DNA from: Eledone cirrhosa
Lineage: Eukaryota
Direction: 5' to 3'
Assembly (NCBI GenBank): GCA_964016885.1
Contig: OZ024745.1
Location: 85,870,001-85,934,000, forward strand
Length of the DNA: 64,000 bases
Below, piece by piece: positions 48,935 to 64,000 of this stretch. The notes beneath the pieces are model-generated. The model was not told the DNA's origin. It searched no databases and saw only the letters and a list, made by a program, of their open reading frames with translations. Each line of letters starts with the position of its first letter. Position 1 is the stretch's first letter. The translations under genes and the position numbers were made by a program.

Positions 48935-51900
48935 ATTACAATAATCAAAGTTCAGTTTAAGTCATTTATTTGCTTACAATCGTTTCCTCCAAACCGAGGT
49001 TTGGATTCTTCGGAGCAACTATTTACTGATCCATAACATACTTGACCTCCTTTTCAACCCAAGAGACACATAAAACATATGCGCATATTGATCAACAGTG
49101 GGGTGACACTTATCAAATGATATAGCATGACAATTCACATATAAAGGTTACAGGATAAAAATAAAATAAAAACAAGAATGAAAATAAAGTTAAACATGAA
49201 GCGTTGGCAGTCTATGAAGATAAAGCAAGAGGAAAGTTTAGAGTAGTCAGTGTATGAAACAGTCTCACGTGTAGCATGCACGCGTGTCTTTTTTATACAT
49301 GATTAGAGTGCGTCAGAATGATATTTGCAGGGTCAGGCAGTTGAAGCAGGCAATCGATCTTATTATGTGGGCTGGATTATTAAGTCATTTATTCTCATAC
49401 ATCTGTATGATATACAGTCTCGGATGCAGGGAAACACCAAAATATCAAAAACTTTCCACATACTATAAACCTTATTGTATCGTAGACAAAGCCGTACCAC
49501 TGTCTTCGCTCACACCACCACTTACATAATCCATGAGACGCAATATATATAGAGAACACTTGTCTATCGTATAATTCGCGGTGGTTCAGCATATAATCAA
49601 GCTATAAACCGTATCCAGTCGGTTCTTAATTAATAGATCATGCTGTCCAGATTCCCGAAGTGTCTGAATGACTAAGGGGAATTAATGCGTAAGGGGAGGT
49701 AACTAGCTAGTTATCTTAGTTAAATTACTATCCTAAACTACATTAATGGTGATTCAAATACGTGCCTATCATATGAAGTTATAACTAATTTCTAGAGTAT
49801 GTTACCCATTTATAGGTTAGAGAGTTGTCCATTAAGAAGTACAAGGGTGTATATATTAGGATGATTACCATCCATTAAGGGGTGTCATATCTGAACGTTC
49901 TATAAGAGGAGTCAGACTCTCAAGTCACTGTTCCATGCAAATGTAATATAACAGTAGGACCTGGTATGGTCCCACTATTATATATGCCCCCCGTTAGGCT
50001 CCGGGTCATTGCATGTCTGAATCTCCAGTAAATCTTCGGTATGGTCCGGAGATCCAATTTCTCATATAAAGGCACTAGTCTGGTCATCAAGCAATAGACA
50101 ACCCCCGTCTCATATATAAATCAATTAAGTATCACATCTACAAGCCAGAGTGGAGTCTATTAATAAGTACTAAGGAGTTCACATCAAGATGATTACAATC
50201 TGGAGGTTAAATCTCTCATACCAGGGCACCTGTCTGGCCACCAAGTAATACATAAACCCACGTCCCACATATAGATCAGGTATCCCATCCACAAGTTAGA
50301 GTGGAGTCCAGTAACAAGTACTAAAGGAGTTCGTATCATGATGACTACAATCCAACATGGGGTGCCACACCCGGCCAATCCATAAGAAGAGTCAGACTAC
50401 ATAATTAACTACATGGGTCTCACTATCAGTAATGGTCTTATTATCATACATGACTCCCGGCGAGATTTAGGTCGTAGTATGACTGCATCGCCGGTAAGTT
50501 CACCAGGGTGATCCGGTGGCCGGTTCTTTCGTCAAAAGGTGCCGGTCAGGTCACCAGGCAACACAGAGGCTCCTAACTCATGCATCTCCCGTGCATAATT
50601 CATTGAACTGATCGTTTACAGTATATATTCACATAACAATACGATTATCTATCTAATCATCAATCTATCTCTTGGTGGGAATCCATGCACAGGATTATGT
50701 TATCGCAACCAGTACCGTGTCCCCAGTTTATACTAATCTTATATTTGTGCAATGCAGAATAAGTAGTCCACGGTCGAGATATCAGAATTAGAGGTACAAG
50801 GGGGTATTCCCAGGGTAGGTGGTACTAAAATGCTGTCAGTATTATCTATAGAGTATAGAAATGGGTGTGGATGTGAGGTGTAAGGTGTGCTATTGATGTT
50901 AATTGCTAGGGGTGGTGCCGGTTCCAGTCTGACATTATTATATATGGGGTTTAAAGTTTTGGAACGAGTGTCGGAAGCGGTGTTGGCAAGTTGCGAACAC
51001 TTCTGATTTTTTATTAAGGAGATTATGTTTAGAGAAGATGATAGTATGGGTCTCTAGTAGACAGAGGTTACAAAATTTATTAGGTGGTTTGTACGATGTT
51101 GCACTACCTACCACTTCCCATTTAAGTGTATATATTTTATTTTTAGTTTTTAGATGGTGTATGTAGCTAGATAGTGAAGTGGAGTTGGCTAGACTGTGTT
51201 TTTTGAAAGAGTGGAGGTGCGAATTGTATCTAGTTTTGAAGCAGTTAGAAGTGGAGCCTATATAGGTTTCAGAAGAGCTGTTAGTTGTGACTGTACATGA
51301 GTATATGATATCCTTGGTTAAGCATTTTTTATCTAAAGGGCAGGTTCTACTTGATCTACAGTTACAATTACTCTGGGTGCTAGTCTGCCGGTTACTATGC
51401 TGTGTAGAAGTTTGGATGTTAGCTATAGGGTTATGGTTATGTGGGTTGTGGTACGCAGCGTTAATGTTTACACTAGTGTTATTACTATTATTTCCATTGA
51501 TATTACGGTTATTTGTTATAATGTTACTTTGACTGTTATTTTGAATGTTATTTTGAAGGTTTATCGACCGTTGTTATTTAGTTTGTTGGAAGTAAGAATT
51601 AATTTTTCTTTTATTTGTACTAGCTATGTGGTATGCTAAGTTAGGCGTAGTAGAGTATGAGATCTTAATAGTGTTTTTATTACTCTCCGTCTCCTCCCCA
51701 ACTGTCCTTAACACTATATCTAAATAATTACAGTACTCCCCCCTCCTAAATCTCTCAATTTGTATGATGAATTATTATTATTCATCCGTTGCCTCAGCTG
51801 CGTCTCTTTTTTTCACCTCCTCACTATTTCTCTCTCCCCTATCTCTCTCTATTTCTCTCTGTTTTTCTTTACATATATTTCTTCTATTTCTCCGTCTTTC

Positions 51901-52215
51901 TTTTTAACTGTGCTTAACACTAAATATTTATAAACATCTCACTACCAAACCGGCTTCTTACATAACGGTTGCTCAATATTTATGGTACGTCAAAATTATT
52001 TATAAAACTGTTTATATATTGTATTTTATCTGAAGAAGGCATGCCATATTTTTAATATGGTATCCCCCAAATATGTATAATGAAATAAATATGGTTTTAT
52101 AAATATAGTTTCCATTTGTTTAATATCGTATATCTACTCCAAAACTTGTCGAGTGCTTTATATCAGTTATAAAATATTTACTTGTTGTAACCCCACAATT
52201 TTAAATAAAACTTTT
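48935..52215. mobile_element. Hybrid tail-out insertion: family I PLE on - (3' UTR plus GIY-YIG at ~50950-51680) joined to a family B 3' end on +
   Basis: CNCRSSRTCPLDKKCL..IIY..YIGST on -. HHR ttgct-CCGAAGA..GAAA-cgattg-TA-agcaa at ~48970-49018 (-). 52000-52215 matches 3960-4170 inverted. Confidence 0.75.
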
Positions 52216-52719
52216 GCATATATATATATAATATATATATTATATATATATATTAAATATATATATATATTATATATATATATATTATATATATAATATA
52301 TATATATATATAATATATATATATATATACAATATATATATATAATATATATATATATATAATATATATATATTATATAGATATATATATTATATACATA
52401 TATATATTATATATATATATATTTTGTATATATATATATATATTATATATATATTATATATATATTATATATATATAATATATATTATATATATAATATA
52501 TATATATATAATATATATATTATAGATATATTATATATATATATATATATTATATATATATATATTATATATATATATATTATATATATATATATATATA
52601 TAATATATATATATTATATATATATATATATTATATATATATATATTATATATATATATATTATATATATATATATTATATATATATATATAATATATAT
52701 ATATATATATTATATATAG

Positions 52720-52787
<68 letters not shown>

Positions 52788-53148
52788 ATATATATTATAT
52801 ATATACATATAATATATATATATGTATTATATATATAAATATTATATATATATATTATATATATATATATATTATATATATATATTATATATATATATTA
52901 TATATATATATTATATATATATATTATATATATATATTATATATATATATATATATTATATATATATATTATATATATATATTATATATATATATATATT
53001 ATACATATATATATATTATATATATTATATATATATATATGTTATATATATATATTATATATATATATATATTATATATATATATTATATATATATATAT
53101 TATATATATGTATTATATGTGTATATATATATATGTATATATATATAA

Positions 53149-53215
<67 letters not shown>

Positions 53216-53462
53216 ATGTATGTATGTGTATATATATATATGTGTGTGTATGTGTGTGTATATGTGTATATACAATATGTATATATATGTGTGTGTAAAT
53301 ATGTGTATGTATATGTGTATATATGTATATATATGTGTATATATATATATGTATATGTATGTGTATATATGTATGTACATACGTGTATATATGTGTGTAT
53401 ATGTATGTTTATGTGTATGTATGTATATATGTATGTTTGTATGTATGTTTGTATGTATATAT

Positions 53463-53562
<100 letters not shown>

Positions 53563-53767
53563 GTGTATATATGTATATATGTGTGTGTGTATGTATGTAT
53601 ATGTGTGTATATTTTTTTATATATACGTATATATTTGAGTGTATGTATGTATATATATATACATATATATATGTGTGTATGTGTGTGTATGTATGTGTGT
53701 ATGTGTATATATATGTATATGTGTGGGTGTGTGTATATATGTGTGTATATATATATATGTGTGTATA

Positions 53768-53806
<39 letters not shown>

Positions 53807-53807
53807 A

Positions 53808-53862
<55 letters not shown>

Positions 53863-53923
53863 GTATGTATGGTGCTTTTTCCTTATATATGTGTATATAT
53901 GTGTATGTGTGTGTGTATATATG

Positions 53924-53985
<62 letters not shown>

Positions 53986-54211
53986 TATATGTATGTGTAT
54001 GTATGTGTGTGTGTGTGTTTGTGTGTGTATATATTGTTTTTATGTGTGTGTATATATATACATTATATATATATGTGTATGTGTATGTATGTATATATGT
54101 ATGTGGTTATATATATGAATGTGTATATATATGTATATGTGTATATATATGTGTGTGTGTGTTTGTGTGTATGTGTGTGTATATGTATATATATGTGTGT
54201 GTATGGGGTTT

Positions 54212-54245
<34 letters not shown>

Positions 54246-54283
54246 CATGTATGTGTGTGTATATATATATATGTGTATGTGTG

Positions 54284-54350
<67 letters not shown>

Positions 54351-54532
54351 CTGTATATGTGTCTGTGTATGTGTATGTATATATGTCTATATGTATTTGT
54401 GTGTATATGTATACACTGTATATTTGTGTTTGTATGTATGCGTGTGAGTGTATTTATTTGTGTATATATGTGTGTGTGTGTATGTATGTGTATGTGTGTG
54501 TATGTGTGTGTATGTGTATATATGTGTATATA

Positions 54533-54578
<46 letters not shown>

Positions 54579-54719
54579 TATATATATATATATATATGTG
54601 TATGTATGTATGTGTGTATGTATGTGTGTGTACATGAATATATTTTTATATATGTGTGTGTGTTTTTATGTGTGTATATGTGTCTGTGTGTGTGTTTATG
54701 GTTGTGCGTAAGTGTGTGA

Positions 54720-55335
54720 ATGAGTATGTGTGTTTTTTGTTTTTTTGTGAATGTGTCTGTTGATTTTTGGCATATAGTTGATTAGTTTAAGAGAAGTTCG
54801 AAGATAATAGTAAGATATGCACTCAGTATTTTGAATCTGACTGCAGAATTCTCTAGACCTTTGTCACTTAGTAGAACCTTAATGATTTTAGCTTTAAAGA
54901 ATCTCCCTTTTCTTTAATTCTATCGACCATGACTGACCCCCCACTGATTTTATAGACACCTGTTAGCTTAAGAGAAAGTTAATGACAAGGAATGGTATGC
55001 CATCCGGAACCTGTTTATAGAATTCTGTCTGCCCTTGTACTCTAAAAACATAAATAAATAAAAATAAACTATAGCTTTGTAGAATTAGCTTTTAATGAAT
55101 TCCCTTCTCTATCAACCAATGACCTGCACCCATCCCACTCCCCACCCTCTCCTACCACTTGTAGAGACCTATAAATACCATATTTATTTTTTGATACCCA
55201 GATTCTGATGATTTCTAATGAATGAAAACAGTTCTAGTCCTGTAGAATCTCATCTATATTAAAACTTTTATACTCTGCTATGTATTGAGTACCTTACTTA
55301 CTGTGGTTACCTCCGATTCAACCCGGAATAACGTA
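54720..55335 (+). repeat. Non-coding repeat related to 9380-9640, with an HHR-like end
   Basis: 54840-55040 aligns by eye with 9440-9640; agatt-CTGATGA..GAAA-acag/ctgt-A at ~55200-55250. Confidence 0.5.
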
Positions 55336-55958
55336 TATAATATATATATAGATATATAATATATATATTATATATATTAATATATATATATATTATATAT
55401 ATATTATATATATAATATATATATATAATATATATATATATACAATATATATATATAATATATATATATATAATATATATATATTATATATATGTATATA
55501 TATTATATACATATATATATTATATATATATATTATATATATATATATATTTTGTGTATATATATATTATATATATATTATATATATATAATATATATAT
55601 ATATAATATATATATATATATAATATATATATATAATATATATATATACATATAATATATATTATATATATATATATATAATATATATATATATATAATA
55701 TATATATATATATAATATTATATATATAATATATATATAAATATATTAATATATATATATAATATATATATTATAGATATATAATATATATATATATTAT
55801 ATATATATACATATTATATATATACATATATATATATATATATTATATATATATATATAATATATATATATATTATATATATATATTTTATATATATTAT
55901 ATATATATATATTATATATATATTATATATATATATAATATATATATTATATATATAT

Positions 55959-56081
<123 letters not shown>

Positions 56082-56164
56082 ATATATATTATATATATAC
56101 ATATTATATATATATATTATATATATATATATATTATATATATATATTATATATATAAATATAT

Positions 56165-56198
<34 letters not shown>

Positions 56199-56348
56199 AT
56201 AGATATATATATATATAATATATATATATATATATTTATAATATAATATATATATATATTATATATATATTATATATATATATTATATATATATATTATA
56301 CATATATATATATTATATATATTATATATATATATATTATATATATAT

Positions 56349-56380
<32 letters not shown>

Positions 56381-56616
56381 ATATAATTATATTATATATA
56401 AATAAATATTATATATATGTATTATATATTTATATTATACATATATATATATATTATATATTATATATATATTATATATATATATATTTTATATATATAT
56501 GTTATATATATATATGATATATATATATATTATATATATATATTATATATATATGTATATATATATATAATATTATATACATATATTATATATATATATA
56601 TTATATATATATATAT

Positions 56617-56716
<100 letters not shown>

Positions 56717-56724
56717 ATGTATAT

Positions 56725-56809
<85 letters not shown>

Positions 56810-56819
56810 AATATATTAT

Positions 56820-58197
56820 ATACGATATTAAACAAATGGAAACTATATTTATAAAACCATATTTATTTCGTTATATATATTTCAGGGATATCATATTAAA
56901 AATATGGTATGCCTTCCTCAGACAAAATACAATACATAATCTGTTTCATAAATAATTTTTGACATACCTTATAAATAATGCAACTTCCATTTAAAAAGTT
57001 GATTTGGTAGTGAAACTGTTATGACAGTTATATAGAAAGAAAAACGAAGATGAGAAGAAGAAGATGAAGAGATGCATGTAAATAAAAAAGAAGAAGGTGA
57101 AGAGATGTATGTAAAGAAAAACAACAGAGCGAGAGAGAGAGACAAGGAGATATGGGAGAGAGAAATACATTGAGGAAGTGAAAAAATATAGTAGGCAGCT
57201 TTTGGACAGATGATCAACGTATATGTGAGGGAAGGGATACAGTTAAACTAGCCGACACATAAATCACGTCCAGTGTATAGGAGAAAAAAGAAAGAAAGAT
57301 GATATATTTAAAATATATTACAAATATATTATGTCTCATCCATTTGAATTATCAATTTTTATGAATTAGGTATTATAATGTAAATATCAGTATTCATGAA
57401 TGAGACACATATCCATAATGTGTGAAAAAATGACCACATGCTTAGTTTAAAAATTCTTAGGTCTATAAGCAAAATCAGAGATAAAACTTCAAACATAAGT
57501 ATATATGCATTCTCATGAAAAAAGAAAAAGAGAAAAGAGAAGGTTATCTCAAATTCAAGTTGATAAATATAGACATACGTGTGAACCTACGTGATATGCT
57601 CCACAAATTCTTATATTTCATGAAAAACTTCATTGCGTTACAAAAGATTCCACCCTACATATATTTACATACATATATACATATATATAGACATAAAATA
57701 TATAAGATATACATTAACATTTAAAATAACATTCCAGCCTCACTTGCATGATTATCGATCAAGCATAGAGTAGACAACAGATATCAATATTAAAAATTAA
57801 AAACGCCAAGAATATCTTCGTCACTCCACAGAGTATCAAGGGACGCAAGAGAACATAGTATGCCACGCATATCGGTCACATAAAATCAGATAAAACTAAT
57901 AACATATACAGCCTAGATTATAATACTTATAGAAAGTTTATATATAATGAACTACATAAAAGCTACAATAAGACCACCTTGAAAAACTTAGAAGATATTA
58001 ATATAGAGGGATATAATATAGTGTCTAAACTAGGACTTCAGAGGCATACACAACCATCACCCCAAACCCCCCTAGATTCTCTCTGAAGGACCATAAGGAG
58101 GACTTCATCAGCAACCCCTCGATAAGACTTATCTGCTCTTCCAAGTCCGACATTGGTATTATCAGCAAGAAAATTTTAGATAAAAATCATCCCACAA
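56820..58197. mobile_element. Family B 3' end (-) joined to a PLE RT N-terminal fragment (+)
   Basis: HHR core CTGAGGA..GAAA on - at ~56870-56925; PRFSLKDHKEDFISNPSIRLI..SDIGIISKKILDK at ~58070-58185. Confidence 0.75.
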
Positions 58198-58224
58198 ATT
58201 ATATACATATATTATATATATATA

Positions 58225-58281
<57 letters not shown>

Positions 58282-58331
58282 ATATTATATATATATATAT
58301 ATTATATATATATATTATATATATATATATG

Positions 58332-58403
<72 letters not shown>

Positions 58404-58742
58404 ATGGATTCTTTTACAATGGAATTAGCTCGAAAGAGGAAAATACCCACTGAGCGGTGTATAAACTGATATGTATGTGATGAAACACATTTGTATGTGA
58501 TCAAACAGGTTTGATTTTGAAATTTAAATGTGTCTAAACATCATAGCCTCTTGGCAATGCAGTTCGTCTTTGTTGATTTATTATTTTAAATCGATATGGA
58601 CAAACTGTAGTATAATAATTAGTATACTTCAATCTGGCTAAATTTTCTTTTGCAATATATATACAGATGTGTTGGTATCTGTGTTTCATCACATACATAT
58701 TAGTTTATATATATATATATATATATTATATACATATATTAC

Positions 58743-58773
<31 letters not shown>

Positions 58774-58811
58774 ATTATATATATATATATATATTATATA
58801 TATATATATGT

Positions 58812-58845
<34 letters not shown>

Positions 58846-58884
58846 ATTATATATATATTTATTATATATATATATTATATATAA

Positions 58885-59201
58885 ATGAAGTAATTCCGTC
58901 GGAAAAGACCAGGAAAAAAGAGTGCTCTATGTAGGTAACAGAGCTTAATAGTTATGTAATAAACAACATAAGGCAATTATTCCATTTACCAGTGGTTTCT
59001 TAAAAGCAAAAGATTTTGCTTTCAATCCTCAGAATGAAAAAATCCTGATCTGTTTATTGAATTTGGATTTTAAAAAACCTTCTTTTTTAATCCAAATACA
59101 ATAAACAGACCAGGATTTTTTCATTCTGAGGATTGAAAGCAAAATCTTTTGCTTTTAAGAAACCACTGGTAAATGGAATAATTGCCTTATGTTGTTTATT
59201 A
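58885..59201. mobile_element. Small fold-back of family C 3' ends
   Basis: 58957-59075 is the inverse of 59085-59201. Confidence 0.8.
59122..59175 (+). ncRNA. Type I hammerhead ribozyme, family C
   Basis: catt-CTGAGGA-ttgaaagcaaaa/ttttgcttttaa-GAAA-ccactgg-TA-aatg; mirror copy at ~58983-59036 (-). Confidence 0.8.
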
Positions 59202-59247
59202 CATAAATATATTATGTATATATATTATATATATATACATATTATAC

Positions 59248-59334
<87 letters not shown>

Positions 59335-59341
<7 letters not shown>

Positions 59342-60071
59342 GAAAAAGAGATGAAATCGAAAATGCAACAGGAGTCTTATTTTTTTTTAAATATATATAT
59401 TTATTTGGTTCCTTTACCGGTTTCGCAGTTCTTCTGCTTTTCAAAAGGTGAGTTGAGATGGAGGCTCACGAAGGCTTTTTTTGGTTGGTTATAAATGAAA
59501 TTATGGCTGTCACGTGAACAAGTTTTCATTAAATGTTTGTGCCCTTATTTGGAAATCCATTCTGTAGCCTTTTTAGAGAATTTTTTGATAAGTGAAAGAT
59601 AATGGTCAAGAGAAAGGGATGGGAGAATTGTTCTGGTTCAGTGAATATGGTTAGTTCGCTGGGGTGTCAGAATTCAGATTTTCTATTGAATAAAGAAAGT
59701 AAAGATATGTATGTTTATTCGTGTGCTTGTGTGTGTGTGCGTGTGTGTGTGTGTGTTGTGTGTGTTTGAATTTCTTTACTTTAAAAAAGGTGGTTCACGA
59801 AGGCTTTTTTTTTAATAAACGTGATTTGATTGGTTATAAATGAAATTTGGCTGCACGTGAACAAGTCTTCATTACATTTTTGCGCCCTTATTTGGAAAAC
59901 TATTCTGTAGCCTTTATAGCGAATGTTATGACAATGGAAAGATAGTGGTCAAGAGAAATGGGATTGGGAGAATTGTTCTGGTTCAGTGAATATGGTTAGT
60001 TCGCTGGGGTGTCAGAGTTCAGATTTCCTATTGAAGTGAAGATATGTATGTTTATTTGTGTGCTTGTGTGT

Positions 60072-60141
<70 letters not shown>

Positions 60142-61010
60142 GTGTATGTGTGTATTGGAAGATGATTCTATTAGTAGAAATGGGGGAGGGAGTTGTGTGT
60201 ATATGGGTGTTATGTGTGTGTGTGCGAGTATGTTAAGATGGAGAGAATATATATTTTGTGTGTGTGTATATATATATGTGTGTAGGAAAGTGGTTCTATT
60301 AGTAGAAATGGGGAGGGAGTTGTGGGTGTGGGGGTTGTTATGTGTGTGGGAGTATGGTTAGCATGTTAAGATGAAGAGAATATATATATATATATTGTGT
60401 GTGTGTATGTGTGTGTGTAGGAAAGTGATTCCTTTAGTAGGAATATTTTTGAATGAACATATTTTCCTTACTTATTCGTATTTGCTGTTGTATTGTCAGA
60501 GCAAACGTATGTTAAGGTTTATTTAGTTCGGGTTTTTATTTTCTAAAGTAGAAGGTGTTGTGTGTGTGTGTATGTCATATTATGGTGTTGACATAATGTA
60601 TATTAAACCATATTTAATACCTTTGCACTAACAATACAACAGAACAAATGCGAATAAATAAGGAAAATATGTTTATTCAAAAATATAGACCAACATTAAA
60701 TATGGTTTAATATACATTATGTCATATATATTGAGGGTAACGTCGAGGTATTTAACGACCGAGAGATTGGTCTCAACCTGTATAGAGAGGTTGAAGTCTT
60801 TAAAGAAGGCTGTGAGTTCTTTTCTGAACCTGTCGCAAGCACGAGGGCCGCACTTAGTCATGATCAAAAGACCATCATCACGGTACAAACCATCGCTCAC
60901 GTTGGGGAATTTGTCCTTGATAGAGAAAAGAAGGAAAAGGCCGATAAGATCAGAAACCTCCGCAGAATCGCTGGCGCCCGTTCTTTGCCAGGGAAAGTTT
61001 CCACGAAGCA
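59335..61010 (-). mobile_element. PLE remnant: 3' UTR with a ~330-bp tandem duplication, and an RT fragment
   Basis: 59465-59760 is repeated at 59795-60080; ORF 60673-61011 GASDSAEVSDLIG..GLYRDDGL..YLDVTLN. Confidence 0.72.
59411..59448 (-). ncRNA. Minimal hammerhead ribozyme, family J (U3-A8)
   Basis: On -: cctt-TTGAAAA-gcag/ctgc-GAAA-ccgg-TA-aagg. Confidence 0.75.
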
Positions 61011-61377
61011 AAGTATCGTCTACCTGTCTTCCTCCGGTTGCAACGTCTTTTTAAATATTCACTTCTGCGTTTACAGATTGACTTTGTTAGTTTCAGAAGA
61101 TCCCGTTAAGGGTGAAAGCGGTGATTATTTGCTTAAACTTTAATCTGTTATTTTAATAAATATATATATATTATATATATATATATATTATATATATATA
61201 TATATTATATATATATACATAAATATATATTATATATATATATATTATGGAATACTGTTGGCTTCTTGCTATATTACTTTCTATACCTTTCATTTATATA
61301 TATTATATATATATATATATTATATATATATATTATATATATATATATATATAATATATATATATATATATTATATA

Positions 61378-61420
<43 letters not shown>

Positions 61421-61457
61421 TATATATATATATATTATATATATATTATATATATAT

Positions 61458-61489
<32 letters not shown>

Positions 61490-61505
61490 AACAATTATAT
61501 ATACA

Positions 61506-61570
<65 letters not shown>

Positions 61571-61697
61571 AACCAGTAAGACCCCGACAGCTGAGCTCAA
61601 GCCGTTTCGACGGCTAATTCTGGACTAAATGAAAATTTATCCTGGTATAACAGATTAAAGTTTAATTTTATTATTATTATTATATATTATATATATA

Positions 61698-61886
61698 TAG
61701 GTGGATTGGCAGTATCGGTAGAGGGTTGGACGCCATGCTTTGACGGATGGAGTTACGGGCCTTTACGATCTGAGTTCAAATCCCGCCGAGGTTAACTTTG
61801 CCTTTCATCCTTACGGGGTCGATAAAATAAAGTACTAGTAATGCACTGGGATAATTGATGGCCTTGTGCCAAATGTAGAAACAATT
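61698..61886 (+). mobile_element. tRNA-derived SINE
   Basis: Same family as 2374-2574. Confidence 0.85.
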
Positions 61887-61961
61887 ATATATATATATTA
61901 TATATATATATATTATATATATATTATATATATATATATTATATATATATCATATATATAT

Positions 61962-61992
<31 letters not shown>

Positions 61993-62426
61993 ATATATAA
62001 ATATATATATTATAGATATATATATATATTATATATATATATATATTATATATATTATAGATATATATATATATATTATATATATATAATATATATATAT
62101 ATTATAGATATATATATATATTATATATATATATATAATATATACATAAATTATAGATATATATATATTATATATATATATATATAATATATATATATAT
62201 ATTATAGATATATATATATATATATAATATATATATATATTATATATATATATATATATATATTACATTTATATATTATATATTATATATATTATATATT
62301 ATATATATTATATATTATATATATTATATAATATATATTATATATATTATATATTATATATTATATATATTATATAATATATATTATATATATATGTTAT
62401 ATATATATTATATATTATATATATAT

Positions 62427-62521
<95 letters not shown>

Positions 62522-62558
62522 ATATTATATATATATTATATATATATTATATATTATA

Positions 62559-62597
<39 letters not shown>

Positions 62598-62758
62598 TTA
62601 TATATAAATTATATATATATATATATTATATATATATATATATTATATATATATATATGATATATATATTATATATATATATATTATATATATATTTATA
62701 TTGTATATATATATATATATTATATATATATATATTATATATATATATATATGTTATA

Positions 62759-62796
<38 letters not shown>

Positions 62797-63095
62797 ACAT
62801 ATATATATATATATTATAGATATGGGAAGAGATATATTAGATATGTCTCATTTGAAATAATACAGCCAATTTTCCACGCAATACTTTTAGTTAGCACCCC
62901 GAACACATAATTGGGAATATAATCACTTATTTATTTCCTAATATTTGTTGATTGAGTTGGAATTTGGCCGGAGTATCGCTAAAAAGCTTTCTCCGATATT
63001 GTATTTATATATTATAGATATATATATATTATATATATATATATATTACATACATATATATATATTATATATATATTTATTATATATATATATAT

Positions 63096-63147
<52 letters not shown>

Positions 63148-63274
63148 AACGGAAAAAATATAACGAAATTTCATTTCCACTCTTAGTACGGTTGTTACTT
63201 AAATATAAGTATGTATGCGTACATACATATATGAATACAGACGTACAGTTGTATGTATATATATATATATATAT

Positions 63275-64000
63275 ATAGTATTAAGGGACTATTTTGAGAC
63301 ACAATTTAATAGTTAGTAATAGAAACCACTGAGTTACCTCCCCTCATGCATTAACTCCCCTTAGTCACACACACACACTTCCGGAAAATATTTCGATGTC
63401 GATTCTCGCAACGTAACAACCTGCTGTATTGAGCTAAAGACCAACAGACTACGATTCTCTAACAGGGTCGTCAAACGGCCAATATCGAATCGTCGTGGAT
63501 TATGTGAGGGGCATATAATCTGAAAAATACGCTCCCCGGACTGTGAAAATGTTGCTGTGCATGAAATCCATATCATCGCTTTGCTACGCATTTCCAATAT
63601 TTGTAATGCTTATATTATTTCTCCACGCACAGGCTATAACAATCATATAAAGAATTCATTACCAGTTCAACCCCCTTAACACTCTTGATCACCTGTTTAA
63701 GTGCTTCCATTACATGTAACACTCTGCCACACTATAGCATTATATAAACAAGACGCACGTGCTTGCCACACGTGTAACTATTGCACTCAATAACCGCTTA
63801 TGACCATCCTATCGCATTAATTTTCATGTTGTATTTTAACCTGTATTTATGATTTTATCTTTTAATATGAATGTAATCTCTAAATGTGTACTGCCACACT
63901 AAATGCTGTAATGGATGTTGAACCACCAAGCAACAATATTTGCATATGTATCTGTATGTCTCTTGTGCTGAAAAAGGAGGTCATACAAGTGTTCATTCAT
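63275..64000 (+). mobile_element. Family I PLE 3' UTR (runs off the window)
   Basis: 63332-63367 is the inverse of 49668-49703; 63945-63985 matches 42425-42460 and, inverted, 49040-49080. Confidence 0.65.

Noticed and set aside
58400-58700. Possible host exons in unique islands (also 12240-12545 and 31680-32090)
   Set aside because: No recognisable domain or convincing open frame with splice sites
61090-61125. HHR-like CAGAAGA..GAAA (also ATGAGGA..GAAA on - at ~42715-42775)
   Set aside because: Core mismatches and weak stems; not counted as ribozymes

Overview
Eukaryotic, extremely AT-rich, repeat-dominated window with no supportable host gene. The tRNA-derived SINE and the (TA)n/(CA)n load suggest an octopus or other coleoid genome (inference). 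Roughly half is imperfect (TA)n, and the many YI/CV/HT ORFs are microsatellite artefacts. The islands between the tracts are retroelements: a near-complete RTE LINE (5.5-8.8 kb), a decayed L1/Tx1-like LINE (37.4-41.7 kb), a CR1/jockey-like 3' fragment, about 10 SINE pieces, and many Penelope-like element (PLE; RT plus GIY-YIG) fragments from several families. Main signals: (1) About 30 hammerhead-ribozyme (HHR) motifs from about 10 families, found by eye, four families carrying the compensatory U3-A8 core pair. (2) About ten islands are fold-back 'tail-out' insertions whose two arms are HHR-bearing 3' ends pointing outward into (TA)n. (3) A 317-bp non-coding HHR tandem array (27.5-29.9 kb) looks like a retrozyme and flips orientation at a template-switch junction. 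(4) One PLE frame is open for about 375 codons except for one TGA at a conserved Cys (possible selenocysteine). Boundaries are manual estimates.
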